Assembly (NCBI GenBank): GCA_946401715.1
Contig: CAMIVF010000001.1
Span: forward strand, 1-48,962
DNA: 48,962 bases
Direction: 5' to 3'
Source of the DNA: an uncultured Clostridia bacterium
GTDB lineage: Bacteria > Bacillota > Clostridia > Lachnospirales > Lachnospiraceae
The notes under the pieces were generated by a model. The model ran no database searches. It was not told the origin of the DNA and was given only the letters and a program-made list of their open reading frames with translations. This document shows, one piece after another, positions 27,850 to 36,459 of this stretch. Both the position numbers and the translations under genes were made by a program. Every line of letters starts with the position of its first letter. Within the stretch, counting starts at the first letter, position 1.

Positions 27850-30800
27850 TTATCTGTTTTCCAGATCCACGCGAATCGCCTTGTTAAGACTCAACGAATA
27901 GAGCCAGGCCTCCTTTACCCTTTTCAGCAAAAGGCTCTCCAGCGCGTCAGCGTAGAGCCTGAACTGCTCCCGGTAGCGTGCGACCAGGCTCTCCTCGTCC
28001 CCCGGCCTTGCATGGTCGGTCTTATAATCGACAAGGACCACCTCATCCTCTTCTATAAAGAAAGCGTCTATGATACCCTGAATCAGGATCTTCTCGTCAC
28101 TGTCCCATGCAGGGCGGATCCTGCGTGCTGTGCGGCTGATGACAAAAGGCTGCTCCCGCCAGAGCTCCTTCCGGCCGGCGCTTCGCCTGAACCGTTCTCC
28201 AAGAGGAGAAGACACAAATGCCGCAATCCTCGCGGTATCAATGCCGGACGCTTCTTCCTTTTGGATTTTATCACACTTAATCATGGTTTCCAACCGTGCA
28301 GCGATCTGCTCCTGCGTACGGTCGCTGGAAAAGTCAAGGCTTGCCAGAACCAGATGATACGCTGTTCCCCGTTCGGCAGCCGAGTGCTTTCGGCCTTCGC
28401 TGACGGTGTCCAGCTCCTTCAGGAATTCCGGAACCGGGATCATGACCGGCTCTGCCTCATCAGCAGCCGGCATTTCTTCCGGCATTGTGTATGCATCCTG
28501 CCCTTCTTCCATTGCCAGGAGTCTTTGCATCTCCGCGGCATAAGCCTCATGCTTGATCAGGGATACAGACACCTTGCCGGGAATCCGTTCCAGCTGGCCG
28601 GGACTGGCCAAAGGGGTATCGAGCATATATTCCAGACGGCTGTGCAGGGCCGGATCCGACACCTCATACGGGCTGCCGGCAAAAAGATCCTCCAGCCGGC
28701 ACGCTTCCTCCTTTTGCTGCCGTTTCTTTTCCTTCAGGACGTCTCTCCCCGTGCGGATCAGAATCCTCCCGGGCAGACCGGCAGCTTCATTCTCCCGGAA
28801 GGGGACGCCCTCCCACCTTCCGCTGTCAAAGAAGCTGCATGCGCCGCTATGCCTTGCCAGTGCGCTGAGAATCCAGTCCAGCATGCAGGCCGCCCCTTCG
28901 ATGGTGCCCTTTGGCAGCTTCTGCTGCCGGTAAAAGCGGCAAAGCAGCGCGTTTTCAACCGCCTTCTTCACACTTTTTACGCAGCCTGTCAGGATCAGCT
29001 TCTGCTCTGCCCTGGTCATCGCGACATACAGAACGCGCAGTTCCTCTCCAATCGAGTCCGTACTGATCCTGCCGGCAATCGCATTCTTCAGCCGGTTTGG
29101 CATCCTGCCTCTGCGGCTGGCATCACAGTAGTCCAGTCCTGCCCCGAGACGTTCGTGCAGCACCAGCTTTCCTCTGGAGTCCTGATAATTGAATCCCTTG
29201 CTCAATCCGCTCACAAAGACGACAGGAAACTCCAGGCCTTTGCTCTTATGCATGGTCATGATCCGCACACAGTTCTCTGTGCCCGCCTGTTCCGGCGCCT
29301 GCCCGATGTCCTTATCGGCCTTCCGGATCTTTTCAATATACCTGACAAAATGAAACAGGCCCCGGTAGCTTGTCTGTTCATAGGTCATCGCCATATCGAC
29401 CAGCAGGGCAAGGTTCGCCTTCTTCTGCCGTCCGCCGCGCATCGCGCTGACTCTGTTCTCATAGCCGGTCACATCGAAGATCTTCCACAGAAGAATGTGG
29501 ATCGGCGTATCACGGACCAGGGCGCGCAGCTTGTCTGTCATATCCAGAAAATGTGCCAGCTTCTGCCGGATCGAAACGTCCTGTCCCAGCTCCTTGTACT
29601 GCCGGATGATGTCGTACAAAGAGCCCTTCCCCTCCTCGGCGCGGATCAGGGCAAGCTCCCGGTCAGAAAGGTCTCCGATCACGGAGCGGAGCGAAGCAGC
29701 AAGCGGAATGTCCTGGCGCGGATTGTCCAGTACATTCAGGTAAGCAAGAATCGTCCTGACCTCCGGGGCGTCAAAATATCCTGTGCTGGCGTCCGGCCGG
29801 TTCGGGATCCCGTATTCATCCAGCACCCTGGAAAAGGTCTCTGCCCAGCCGGTCGCAGTGCGCAGGAGTATTGTGATGTCTCCAAACGCAGCCGGCGCGT
29901 ACTCCCCCGTCTCCTTGTTGTAAAGCGGCATCTTACCAACCATGGCAAGGATACGCTCCGCCACGACAGCAGCCTCCGCCTCCGCTCCGGAAGCTGCACC
30001 CGGGACATCTCCCTGCTCTGAAAGGATCAGCTCCGGGAGCAGGAAGGGTTCATCAGCCATATCATCGACAGATATCGATTCATCGATATTTTTCATCCTG
30101 CAGGCAGGAAACTCATATCCGGTCCTGAGTTCCTGGTCTTCGGCATACTCTACACCGCCAGTCTCGCGGCGCATGATCTGCCGGAAAACAAGATTAACCG
30201 CATCCAGAACACATTTCCGGCTGCGGAAATTACTGTGCAGGTCAATCCTGCGCTCTGCCGCATCTGCCTCACAGGAATAGGATGCAGCCTTCTCCAGGAA
30301 GATGCCGGTGTCCGCCATACGGAACCGGTAGATGCTCTGCTTCATGTCTCCGACCATAAAACGGCCGCCGCTTCTTGCGATGCTGCCAAGCAGCAGTTCC
30401 TGCACCCGGTTGGAGTCCTGATACTCATCGATGTAGATTTCCTGATAATACGCTGCCAGCTCTTCGGCGAAAGAGGTTTTTACATAGTTTCCGTCCTCGT
30501 CCAGGACCGGCTTCCCGTCATCGCCGACACAGATCAGTACCCTGAGTGCCCAGTGCACTACGTCAGAAAAGTCCGCGATCCCGCGCTCCGTCTTCTCACG
30601 GGCAAACTGTTCCTCAAACCGGTCCGTCAGAGTGACAAGCGCGTCCATATACCGGGCTGTGGAAAGCCGCATCGCTTCAATCTCTTCCTCCGGCGCATAG
30701 AAGAACCTGTCCGCAAGCTTCTTCAGGTCCTTTCCTGCACGCTCCCTGATCTCCTTTACATATTTCTCCAGCGTCTCATCCACGACCGGCGCGCCGGCGC

Positions 30801-31665
30801 TTCTTTTTTTCACGCCCGGCCTCTTCCACGAATAGTCGTGCAGAATGGCAGCATATTCCGGCATGGCATTGCACCGGATCAGGCGCTCCAGCAACGCTGC
30901 ATGATCCTCCATCGCCTGCGTGTAATGATACGGTCCGCCTTCTGCCCTGCTGACGTCAAGTCCCTCAAGCAGGCTCTCATGGATCTCCTCAAAACGCATG
31001 CGGAGGCTGTCAGTAAGGTCTTTCACCCACGCCTGATCACCGTCCTGAAGCCGGTAAAGATCAGCGCAGCGATGTCTCCACAGCTTCGGGAATTCATGGG
31101 AAGTGGAAAACTCATAAAACTGCAGAATCAGGTTCTCCAGCCCTTCGTCCGTTCTGCCCGGCGCATAGAGCCTGGAAAGATCCAGGAATGCATTCCGGTT
31201 TTCCTCCAAAGGATCCGCCAGGCTCTCCTCAATCACCTGGGAAACAACCTCTGACTGCAGCAGCTTTCTCTCTCCGTCGTCCGCAATCCGGAAGGAGGGA
31301 TCAATCCCAAGGCAGTCTGCGTGATCCAGAACAATCTCTCTGCAGAAACGGTCAATTGTCTCGATATGATCTCCCGCCAGCATGGAAAGCTGACGCATGG
31401 CATTACGCGCTTTCCGGGGATCATCGCCTGCCGCCTCCTCTTCCAGCCGCGCACGGATCTTCAGCCGAAGAGATGCCGCAGCTGCATTGGTAAAGGTCAC
31501 CACAAGCAGCCGGTCGATGTCGGCCGGCGCTTCCGCGTCCAGTGTCTTTTCCATGATCCGCTGCACAAGAACCGCTGTCTTGCCCGAGCCTGCCGCAGCA
31601 CTGACCAGAAGATCCTGCCCGCGTGACTCGATCACCTGTCTCTGTTCATCCGTCCACTGAGGCAT
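27850..31665 (-). CDS. addA: ATP-dependent helicase/nuclease subunit A
   Basis: AAAGSGKT, VTFTNAAA, IDEYQD, VGDMKQSIYRFR, MTMHKSKGLEF, LYVAMTRA. C-terminal nuclease QGIID...VDYKTD. Confidence 0.96.
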   Translation of the reverse strand: MPQWTDEQRQVIESRGQDLLVSAAAGSGKTAVLVQRIMEKTLDAEAPADIDRLLVVTFTNAAAASLRLKIRARLEEEAAGDDPRKARNAMRQLSMLAGDHIETIDRFCREIVLDHADCLGIDPSFRIADDGERKLLQSEVVSQVIEESLADPLEENRNAFLDLSRLYAPGRTDEGLENLILQFYEFSTSHEFPKLWRHRCADLYRLQDGDQAWVKDLTDSLRMRFEEIHESLLEGLDVSRAEGGPYHYTQAMEDHAALLERLIRCNAMPEYAAILHDYSWKRPGVKKRSAGAPVVDETLEKYVKEIRERAGKDLKKLADRFFYAPEEEIEAMRLSTARYMDALVTLTDRFEEQFAREKTERGIADFSDVVHWALRVLICVGDDGKPVLDEDGNYVKTSFAEELAAYYQEIYIDEYQDSNRVQELLLGSIARSGGRFMVGDMKQSIYRFRMADTGIFLEKAASYSCEADAAERRIDLHSNFRSRKCVLDAVNLVFRQIMRRETGGVEYAEDQELRTGYEFPACRMKNIDESISVDDMADEPFLLPELILSEQGDVPGAASGAEAEAAVVAERILAMVGKMPLYNKETGEYAPAAFGDITILLRTATGWAETFSRVLDEYGIPNRPDASTGYFDAPEVRTILAYLNVLDNPRQDIPLAASLRSVIGDLSDRELALIRAEEGKGSLYDIIRQYKELGQDVSIRQKLAHFLDMTDKLRALVRDTPIHILLWKIFDVTGYENRVSAMRGGRQKKANLALLVDMAMTYEQTSYRGLFHFVRYIEKIRKADKDIGQAPEQAGTENCVRIMTMHKSKGLEFPVVFVSGLSKGFNYQDSRGKLVLHERLGAGLDYCDASRRGRMPNRLKNAIAGRISTDSIGEELRVLYVAMTRAEQKLILTGCVKSVKKAVENALLCRFYRQQKLPKGTIEGAACMLDWILSALARHSGACSFFDSGRWEGVPFRENEAAGLPGRILIRTGRDVLKEKKRQQKEEACRLEDLFAGSPYEVSDPALHSRLEYMLDTPLASPGQLERIPGKVSVSLIKHEAYAAEMQRLLAMEEGQDAYTMPEEMPAADEAEPVMIPVPEFLKELDTVSEGRKHSAAERGTAYHLVLASLDFSSDRTQEQIAARLETMIKCDKIQKEEASGIDTARIAAFVSSPLGERFRRSAGRKELWREQPFVISRTARRIRPAWDSDEKILIQGIIDAFFIEEDEVVLVDYKTDHARPGDEESLVARYREQFRLYADALESLLLKRVKEAWLYSLSLNKAIRVDLENR

Positions 31666-34600
31666 CGCTTATCCTTTCATTTCCATTTACTGTTTCCTCG
31701 ATCACGCTCCAGCTTTCATCTGCCTTTCTTTTCTCCCGTTCCCGGAATACCGCACCCGGGCTGTGCGGATCGAATCCGCACACATCCCGGTAAGGGCACC
31801 AGGTACAGGTCGTGATGTCGGAACTCTTCCGGGCAGGATTCGGCGCGATCTGCCCCGAGAGGATGGCGGAAGCGGCCTTCTGCATCCTGTCCCGGGCATA
31901 GCGCCGGAGCAGGTCGAACTGTCTGTCCGTGATCACATGGTCCGACGCGCGCAGTTCTCCCGGCGTCTTATTCCTTGTAACCGGGATCACGCTGGAAGCG
32001 CCTGCCTCCCAGGGACCGCTTTCCATCAGCGAAATCACGTCCTGCCTGCTGTTGACAAGCCCCTTCAGGCGCATCATGGAATCAGCCAGGCCTTCTGCCT
32101 CCTGCTCTGTCATCTGCGGTGTCAGATCGATGACGGGATCCTGGAAGGAAAAGTAGAAGGCTCCCGCGCAGACAATCTCCTGATCCGGATGCTTTTTCCG
32201 GCGGCTCCTTGCCGCTGCATCCAGATAGACAATCAGCTGCAGCTGTTCCCCCGCGATCAGGCTCTCCAGATCGATATCCATCGAAGAGGATTTATAGTCC
32301 ACAATCCTGACATAGAGCCTTTGTGCGTCTTCATCCCGATATTCATCTATCCGGTCGATCTTCCCGTACAGCTGCAGTTTTCTGTCTCCCGGAAGATTGT
32401 CGATCCATACACCGTCCTCGTCCTGCTTACCGAACGAAAGCTCAAAGCTGACCGGTTCGAAGGCGCCTGCGCGGATCTGCCTGGAAATCGCTTTGACGGA
32501 ACGAAGGAAGATGCCCTCGCAGCGTGCATAGGTCTCTTCAAACCGCTTGCTGTCAGAATACAGATCACTGGCATGTTCCCGCACCAGAGACGCGCGCAAA
32601 GACTCCCGTGCCAGGCTCTCCAGTCTCTGGTCTGTGATGTCGTGCCAGTTCACGGAAGGTTCTCCCTTTGCCAGCCGGCCGGACAGAATCTCGATCGCAC
32701 CGTGCAGCAGATTGCCGATATCCAGTGTGCGGATCACATATTCCTCCCGCTCTTTCAGGCCAAGGCCGTAATCTGCGAAGTGCCGGAATGCACAGCCGGA
32801 GAACTCCTCCAGCCTGGTTATGCTTCCTCTGAGGACCGCCCCATACAGCGCAAGTGCCGTCTCCTCATCAAGCTGCACGCTTTTTTCCTGCGGGAAGATG
32901 CGCTTCAGAAACGCCCTGCCATGCTGGTTCCAGTCTTCCTGTCTCCGGTACAGATTGATCAGTTCCCGCAGCTTCGGCGCATTCCAGTCGGCTTCGGCTC
33001 TGTCTGCATACAGATAATCGCCAATCGCCTGCGCCAGAACGCCCTTTCCGGTCTCAGGCGAAACAACACTGTCATACGGAACCGCGGAAGCCGCACTGAC
33101 CCATGCTGCCTGGGGAAACAGCCTGCGGATATTCATCAGAATCCCGGACGGCTGCAGCGGTCCGGTGCCGGGAACCGACATGGACCAGGAAAGATAGAGT
33201 GCCTGCGCACTCTTTGTCAGAGTCAGATAAAGGTAATACTGCTGAATGTCCGCGTCCTCCCTTGCCGTGGGCGCCAGGCGGACATTCCGGCTGTTCAGAA
33301 ACTCTCTCTCCAGATCCGTCAGGACACCTCCGGCCTTTCTCCTGGGCGGAATAAAGCCATCATTCAGGCCAAGGAAAAGAACCACTTTGATGTTTTCGAG
33401 TCTGGATCGCTGGAGGTCGCCAACCTGTACCTGGTCGATTCCCCGCGGGAGGATTCCGATCCTGGCCTCTGCAAATCCTGCCTCCAGGATCTGTGCAAAC
33501 TGCGTTCTGGTAATGGTTTCCTGCCCCATGAGCAGCGCAGCCTCGTCCAGTACACTGCTGATCACGCCAATCACTGCCTCGTATTCCTGCGCCCGCTCTT
33601 CCCGGCCTTCTTCCCTGCACCGGCTGCCCTCTCTCTGAAGCTTCGCAGGGACGTTGAACGCCAGAAGCAGGTGCCAGAGCGCCCCGGCATATTCGGAAAA
33701 GGATGCCTTGCTCTTCTTCATGACCCGGGCAAATGGCTCGAAGTGCTCCATCCATTCCGCGCGCTGCAGCTCTGCCGCCTGCAGCAATTCCTGATCTCTC
33801 TCCCGGGTCTGCCGCGCAAAAGGCTCTGACCATGCCTTGTGCCCGCGGATTCCTGCAGCAAGGATATAATTCTCCAGAAGATCGATCCCGCCGCTCTCCG
33901 GATCCAGGGCAAGCCCGGTCCGAAGCAGTGCCATCACACTCTCATAGCTGAAGTTTTTCTCCATCACCCTGATCGCACAGAGGGCGAATTCAAACGCCGG
34001 GTTCATGACGACGGACTGGGAACGGTCAATATAACAGGGGATCTGATAAACCGAAAGCGCCCGGCGGACATATTCCGCATAGTCCTTCAGGCTGCCGCAG
34101 ACGATGGCAATCTCCCGGCAGCGCACCCCCTGCCGCATCAGCTCCGCGATCGTGACTGCGGCGGAAACCGCCTCGTCAGCGGGATCCGCGCATTGTCTCA
34201 GAAAAATCTCAGACCGGCTCCCCCCGCCCGGAAAAGCACGTCTTCCTTCCTTTCCCGGACGAAGCAGGTGCTTCTCAAGCCACCACAGCTCCCCGCCTGT
34301 CTCATGCCTTCCGGGCGTTTCGGGCGGTACAGGAACGTACTCCACCTGTGTGTGTGCATCCCGGGCACATTCCGTCAGTGCCTGAATGGTTCTGAGCGGC
34401 AGTGCAAACAGTCCCTGCGCACGCCTCTTCTTTCCCTCTTCCGGATCTACGGTCACGGTCACCAGGACATCTTTGGCCACCCCAAAAAGCGCGCTGATCA
34501 CCTGAAGCTGCGCCGGTGTCAGGCCGGTGAATCCGTCCAGGCAGATGGTTACTCCCCGAAGCGTTTCATCAAATGGAATCTTCTCCTCCAGCAGCCGAAG

Positions 34601-35149
34601 CAGCTTTTCTCCCGTGATCATGTGCCCCGCCTGATATCGTTCAAAAGCCTCCTGTACGAGCGCGATCTCAGAGAGCTTTCGGGCAAGCGCCGGGTGGGAA
34701 CCGGATCCCCGGAAGGTTTTCTCCAGCTGTCTGAGTTCCTCCGGCCCGATGCCATACTGGTCCATCTCCGACAGGATGGACTTGATTTCACTCAGGACGC
34801 CGGGACGGTCGAGGATACCTGACAGCATCGGAATCCTGTCGCCTTCCCTCGCGGCGATCAGGCGGAGCAGCAGGACCTTGCCGGTCTCAGACAGGATCCG
34901 GGAGCGCTCAGCGCCGGTCTGTTCAAAAACGCGGTACGCAAGCCGGGTAAAGCTCAGGACATCAATATTCCAGATGCCTCCTGTGCTGCTCATCGACACA
35001 AGCATCTTCTGTGTCTGAAGCGTATTCTGTTCGGGGACAAGCACGATATAGCGCCGCATCGGGAAAGCAGCCGCTTCCCGCAGCACCCTTTGAAACATCA
35101 TCGTGCTTTTTCCGCTTCCGGAACTGCCGGGGATAATGATCAATGACAT
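31646..35149 (-). CDS. addB: ATP-dependent helicase/nuclease subunit B
   Basis: Start MSLIIIPGSSGSGKS at 35149. VPEQ, VLSFTRL, GKIDRID...VDYKSS, QLQL, and Fe-S cysteines (GCAFRHF and CTWCPYRDVC). Confidence 0.95.
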   Translation of the reverse strand: MSLIIIPGSSGSGKSTMMFQRVLREAAAFPMRRYIVLVPEQNTLQTQKMLVSMSSTGGIWNIDVLSFTRLAYRVFEQTGAERSRILSETGKVLLLRLIAAREGDRIPMLSGILDRPGVLSEIKSILSEMDQYGIGPEELRQLEKTFRGSGSHPALARKLSEIALVQEAFERYQAGHMITGEKLLRLLEEKIPFDETLRGVTICLDGFTGLTPAQLQVISALFGVAKDVLVTVTVDPEEGKKRRAQGLFALPLRTIQALTECARDAHTQVEYVPVPPETPGRHETGGELWWLEKHLLRPGKEGRRAFPGGGSRSEIFLRQCADPADEAVSAAVTIAELMRQGVRCREIAIVCGSLKDYAEYVRRALSVYQIPCYIDRSQSVVMNPAFEFALCAIRVMEKNFSYESVMALLRTGLALDPESGGIDLLENYILAAGIRGHKAWSEPFARQTRERDQELLQAAELQRAEWMEHFEPFARVMKKSKASFSEYAGALWHLLLAFNVPAKLQREGSRCREEGREERAQEYEAVIGVISSVLDEAALLMGQETITRTQFAQILEAGFAEARIGILPRGIDQVQVGDLQRSRLENIKVVLFLGLNDGFIPPRRKAGGVLTDLEREFLNSRNVRLAPTAREDADIQQYYLYLTLTKSAQALYLSWSMSVPGTGPLQPSGILMNIRRLFPQAAWVSAASAVPYDSVVSPETGKGVLAQAIGDYLYADRAEADWNAPKLRELINLYRRQEDWNQHGRAFLKRIFPQEKSVQLDEETALALYGAVLRGSITRLEEFSGCAFRHFADYGLGLKEREEYVIRTLDIGNLLHGAIEILSGRLAKGEPSVNWHDITDQRLESLARESLRASLVREHASDLYSDSKRFEETYARCEGIFLRSVKAISRQIRAGAFEPVSFELSFGKQDEDGVWIDNLPGDRKLQLYGKIDRIDEYRDEDAQRLYVRIVDYKSSSMDIDLESLIAGEQLQLIVYLDAAARSRRKKHPDQEIVCAGAFYFSFQDPVIDLTPQMTEQEAEGLADSMMRLKGLVNSRQDVISLMESGPWEAGASSVIPVTRNKTPGELRASDHVITDRQFDLLRRYARDRMQKAASAILSGQIAPNPARKSSDITTCTWCPYRDVCGFDPHSPGAVFREREKRKADESWSVIEETVNGNERISDASVDG

Positions 35150-35159
35150 AAAAAACTCC

Positions 35160-35193
35160 AAAAAAATAAAAGCCGCCCGCAAACTGCGGGCGG
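35160..35193 (-). terminator. Rho-independent terminator after the YARHG gene
   Basis: CCGCCCGCA-GTT-TGCGGGCGG followed by CTTTTATTTTTTT on the minus strand. Confidence 0.75.
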
Positions 35194-35201
35194 AATCAAA
35201 A

Positions 35202-36317
35202 TCAGTAAAGCTGATACCCGTTCGGGTTGATCGAGTACTCATAGCGTTTCAGAAGGTCGATGTTTGCAACCTCCATACTGTTGAATACCTGATCGGAGAA
35301 GGAAGCCGCCGGCACAGTCGGATAATACCAGCTCTTGCTTCCAAAGTAGTCTCTCAGTTCCTGAGACTGGAAGATGTATCCGCGGCGCGCGTAGATCTCG
35401 TTCCTTGCATAGCACATCTGCTGCAGGGAGAGTGCTGAAACCTCCGCATCTGTCAGGTAACGCGCCGCGCTGTCATAGAAGATGTAATCGCTTGTGGTTG
35501 CCCTCGTAATCGTCCCGCCTGAATAAGATCCGATATTCTGATACGTATACCCGGGCTGGTCCAGCATATAGCCGCCGGGGGCAAGTTCAAACTCCTTCTG
35601 CTCAAGCAGACCGATATTGGCTGTCTCAACAGAATTGAAAACCGAGTCGCTGAAGGACGAAGCATCCGCTGTTCCCAAGTACCAGTTCTTTGCATTGAAA
35701 TAATCGGACAGCTCAGTGGAGACAAAGATGTATCCCCTTCTTGCGTAAATCTCATTCTTCGCGTAGCAAAGCTCCTGCGCGCTCAGACCGCTGACGTCAG
35801 CTTCCGTCAGGTACCTGGTATTGCTGTCATAGAAGATGTATGTATCTGGATTGACATAATACTGTGCTGCCTGGGATCCGCTCAGATACTGGCTGACTAC
35901 ATCATAGCTGTAGCTGCCCGAATCCAGAGCATACATGCCGAGCGATGCCTCCACATCGGTAAGCATCTGCACATTGGCCGTCTCATAAGGATTCAGCATG
36001 GCATCCGAGAACTGTTCCGGTGTGTAGATCGGCGTATACCAGTACTGCATATTGAACCAGTTCTGCAGCTCCGTCGATACAAACTGCCTGCCGTTGCGCG
36101 CATAAATCTCATTCTTCGCGTAGCATACGACCTGTGCCGGCCAGCCGGCAACTGCGCTCGAGTCCAGGTAGACATAGCTGCTGGTCGGAAGCAGATATCC
36201 GTAAACCTGCTGCGCACCGGCGCTCTGTGTATTCATCAACAGAAGAACGGACATCAGGCACGATGCAGCCAAGAGCATCCCCAATCTGTGACCAATGATT
36301 GCATTCTCTTTCTTCAT
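35202..36317 (-). CDS. Secreted protein with three tandem YARHG domains
   Basis: Start MKKEN with AGGAGG RBS and a signal peptide. Three copies of CYA[KR]NEIYAR[NR]G..F.S.EL...F....WY. Confidence 0.88.
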   Translation of the reverse strand: MKKENAIIGHRLGMLLAASCLMSVLLLMNTQSAGAQQVYGYLLPTSSYVYLDSSAVAGWPAQVVCYAKNEIYARNGRQFVSTELQNWFNMQYWYTPIYTPEQFSDAMLNPYETANVQMLTDVEASLGMYALDSGSYSYDVVSQYLSGSQAAQYYVNPDTYIFYDSNTRYLTEADVSGLSAQELCYAKNEIYARRGYIFVSTELSDYFNAKNWYLGTADASSFSDSVFNSVETANIGLLEQKEFELAPGGYMLDQPGYTYQNIGSYSGGTITRATTSDYIFYDSAARYLTDAEVSALSLQQMCYARNEIYARRGYIFQSQELRDYFGSKSWYYPTVPAASFSDQVFNSMEVANIDLLKRYEYSINPNGYQLY

Positions 36318-36397
36318 AACCAGGCCTCCTTGGCAAACGTCAGTTTCCATCTGATACAGTCCGTCCGGATCCCGGTCCCGGACTTTGATGTGCTTTC

Positions 36398-36406
36398 ATT
36401 GTATCA
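36398..36406 (-). promoter_or_regulatory. Extended -10 promoter element upstream of the YARHG gene
   Basis: TGA-TACAAT about 80 nt upstream of the start. No good -35. Confidence 0.4.
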
Positions 36407-36459
36407 CCAGAAGCGGGAACAGATACGGCTGACAGTGCACATTTATTATAAAATAATTC

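Noticed and set aside
28012-33829. 669-aa and 688-aa plus-strand ORFs
   Set aside because: Antisense to addA and addB, with no recognisable domains or RBS.
35150-35242. Extended N-termini given by the ORF track (addB here; likewise tig, p19, FTR1, cmk-like, YARHG, XRE)
   Set aside because: Downstream ATGs match family N-termini and mostly have better RBSs. The extensions run through terminators or neighbouring genes.
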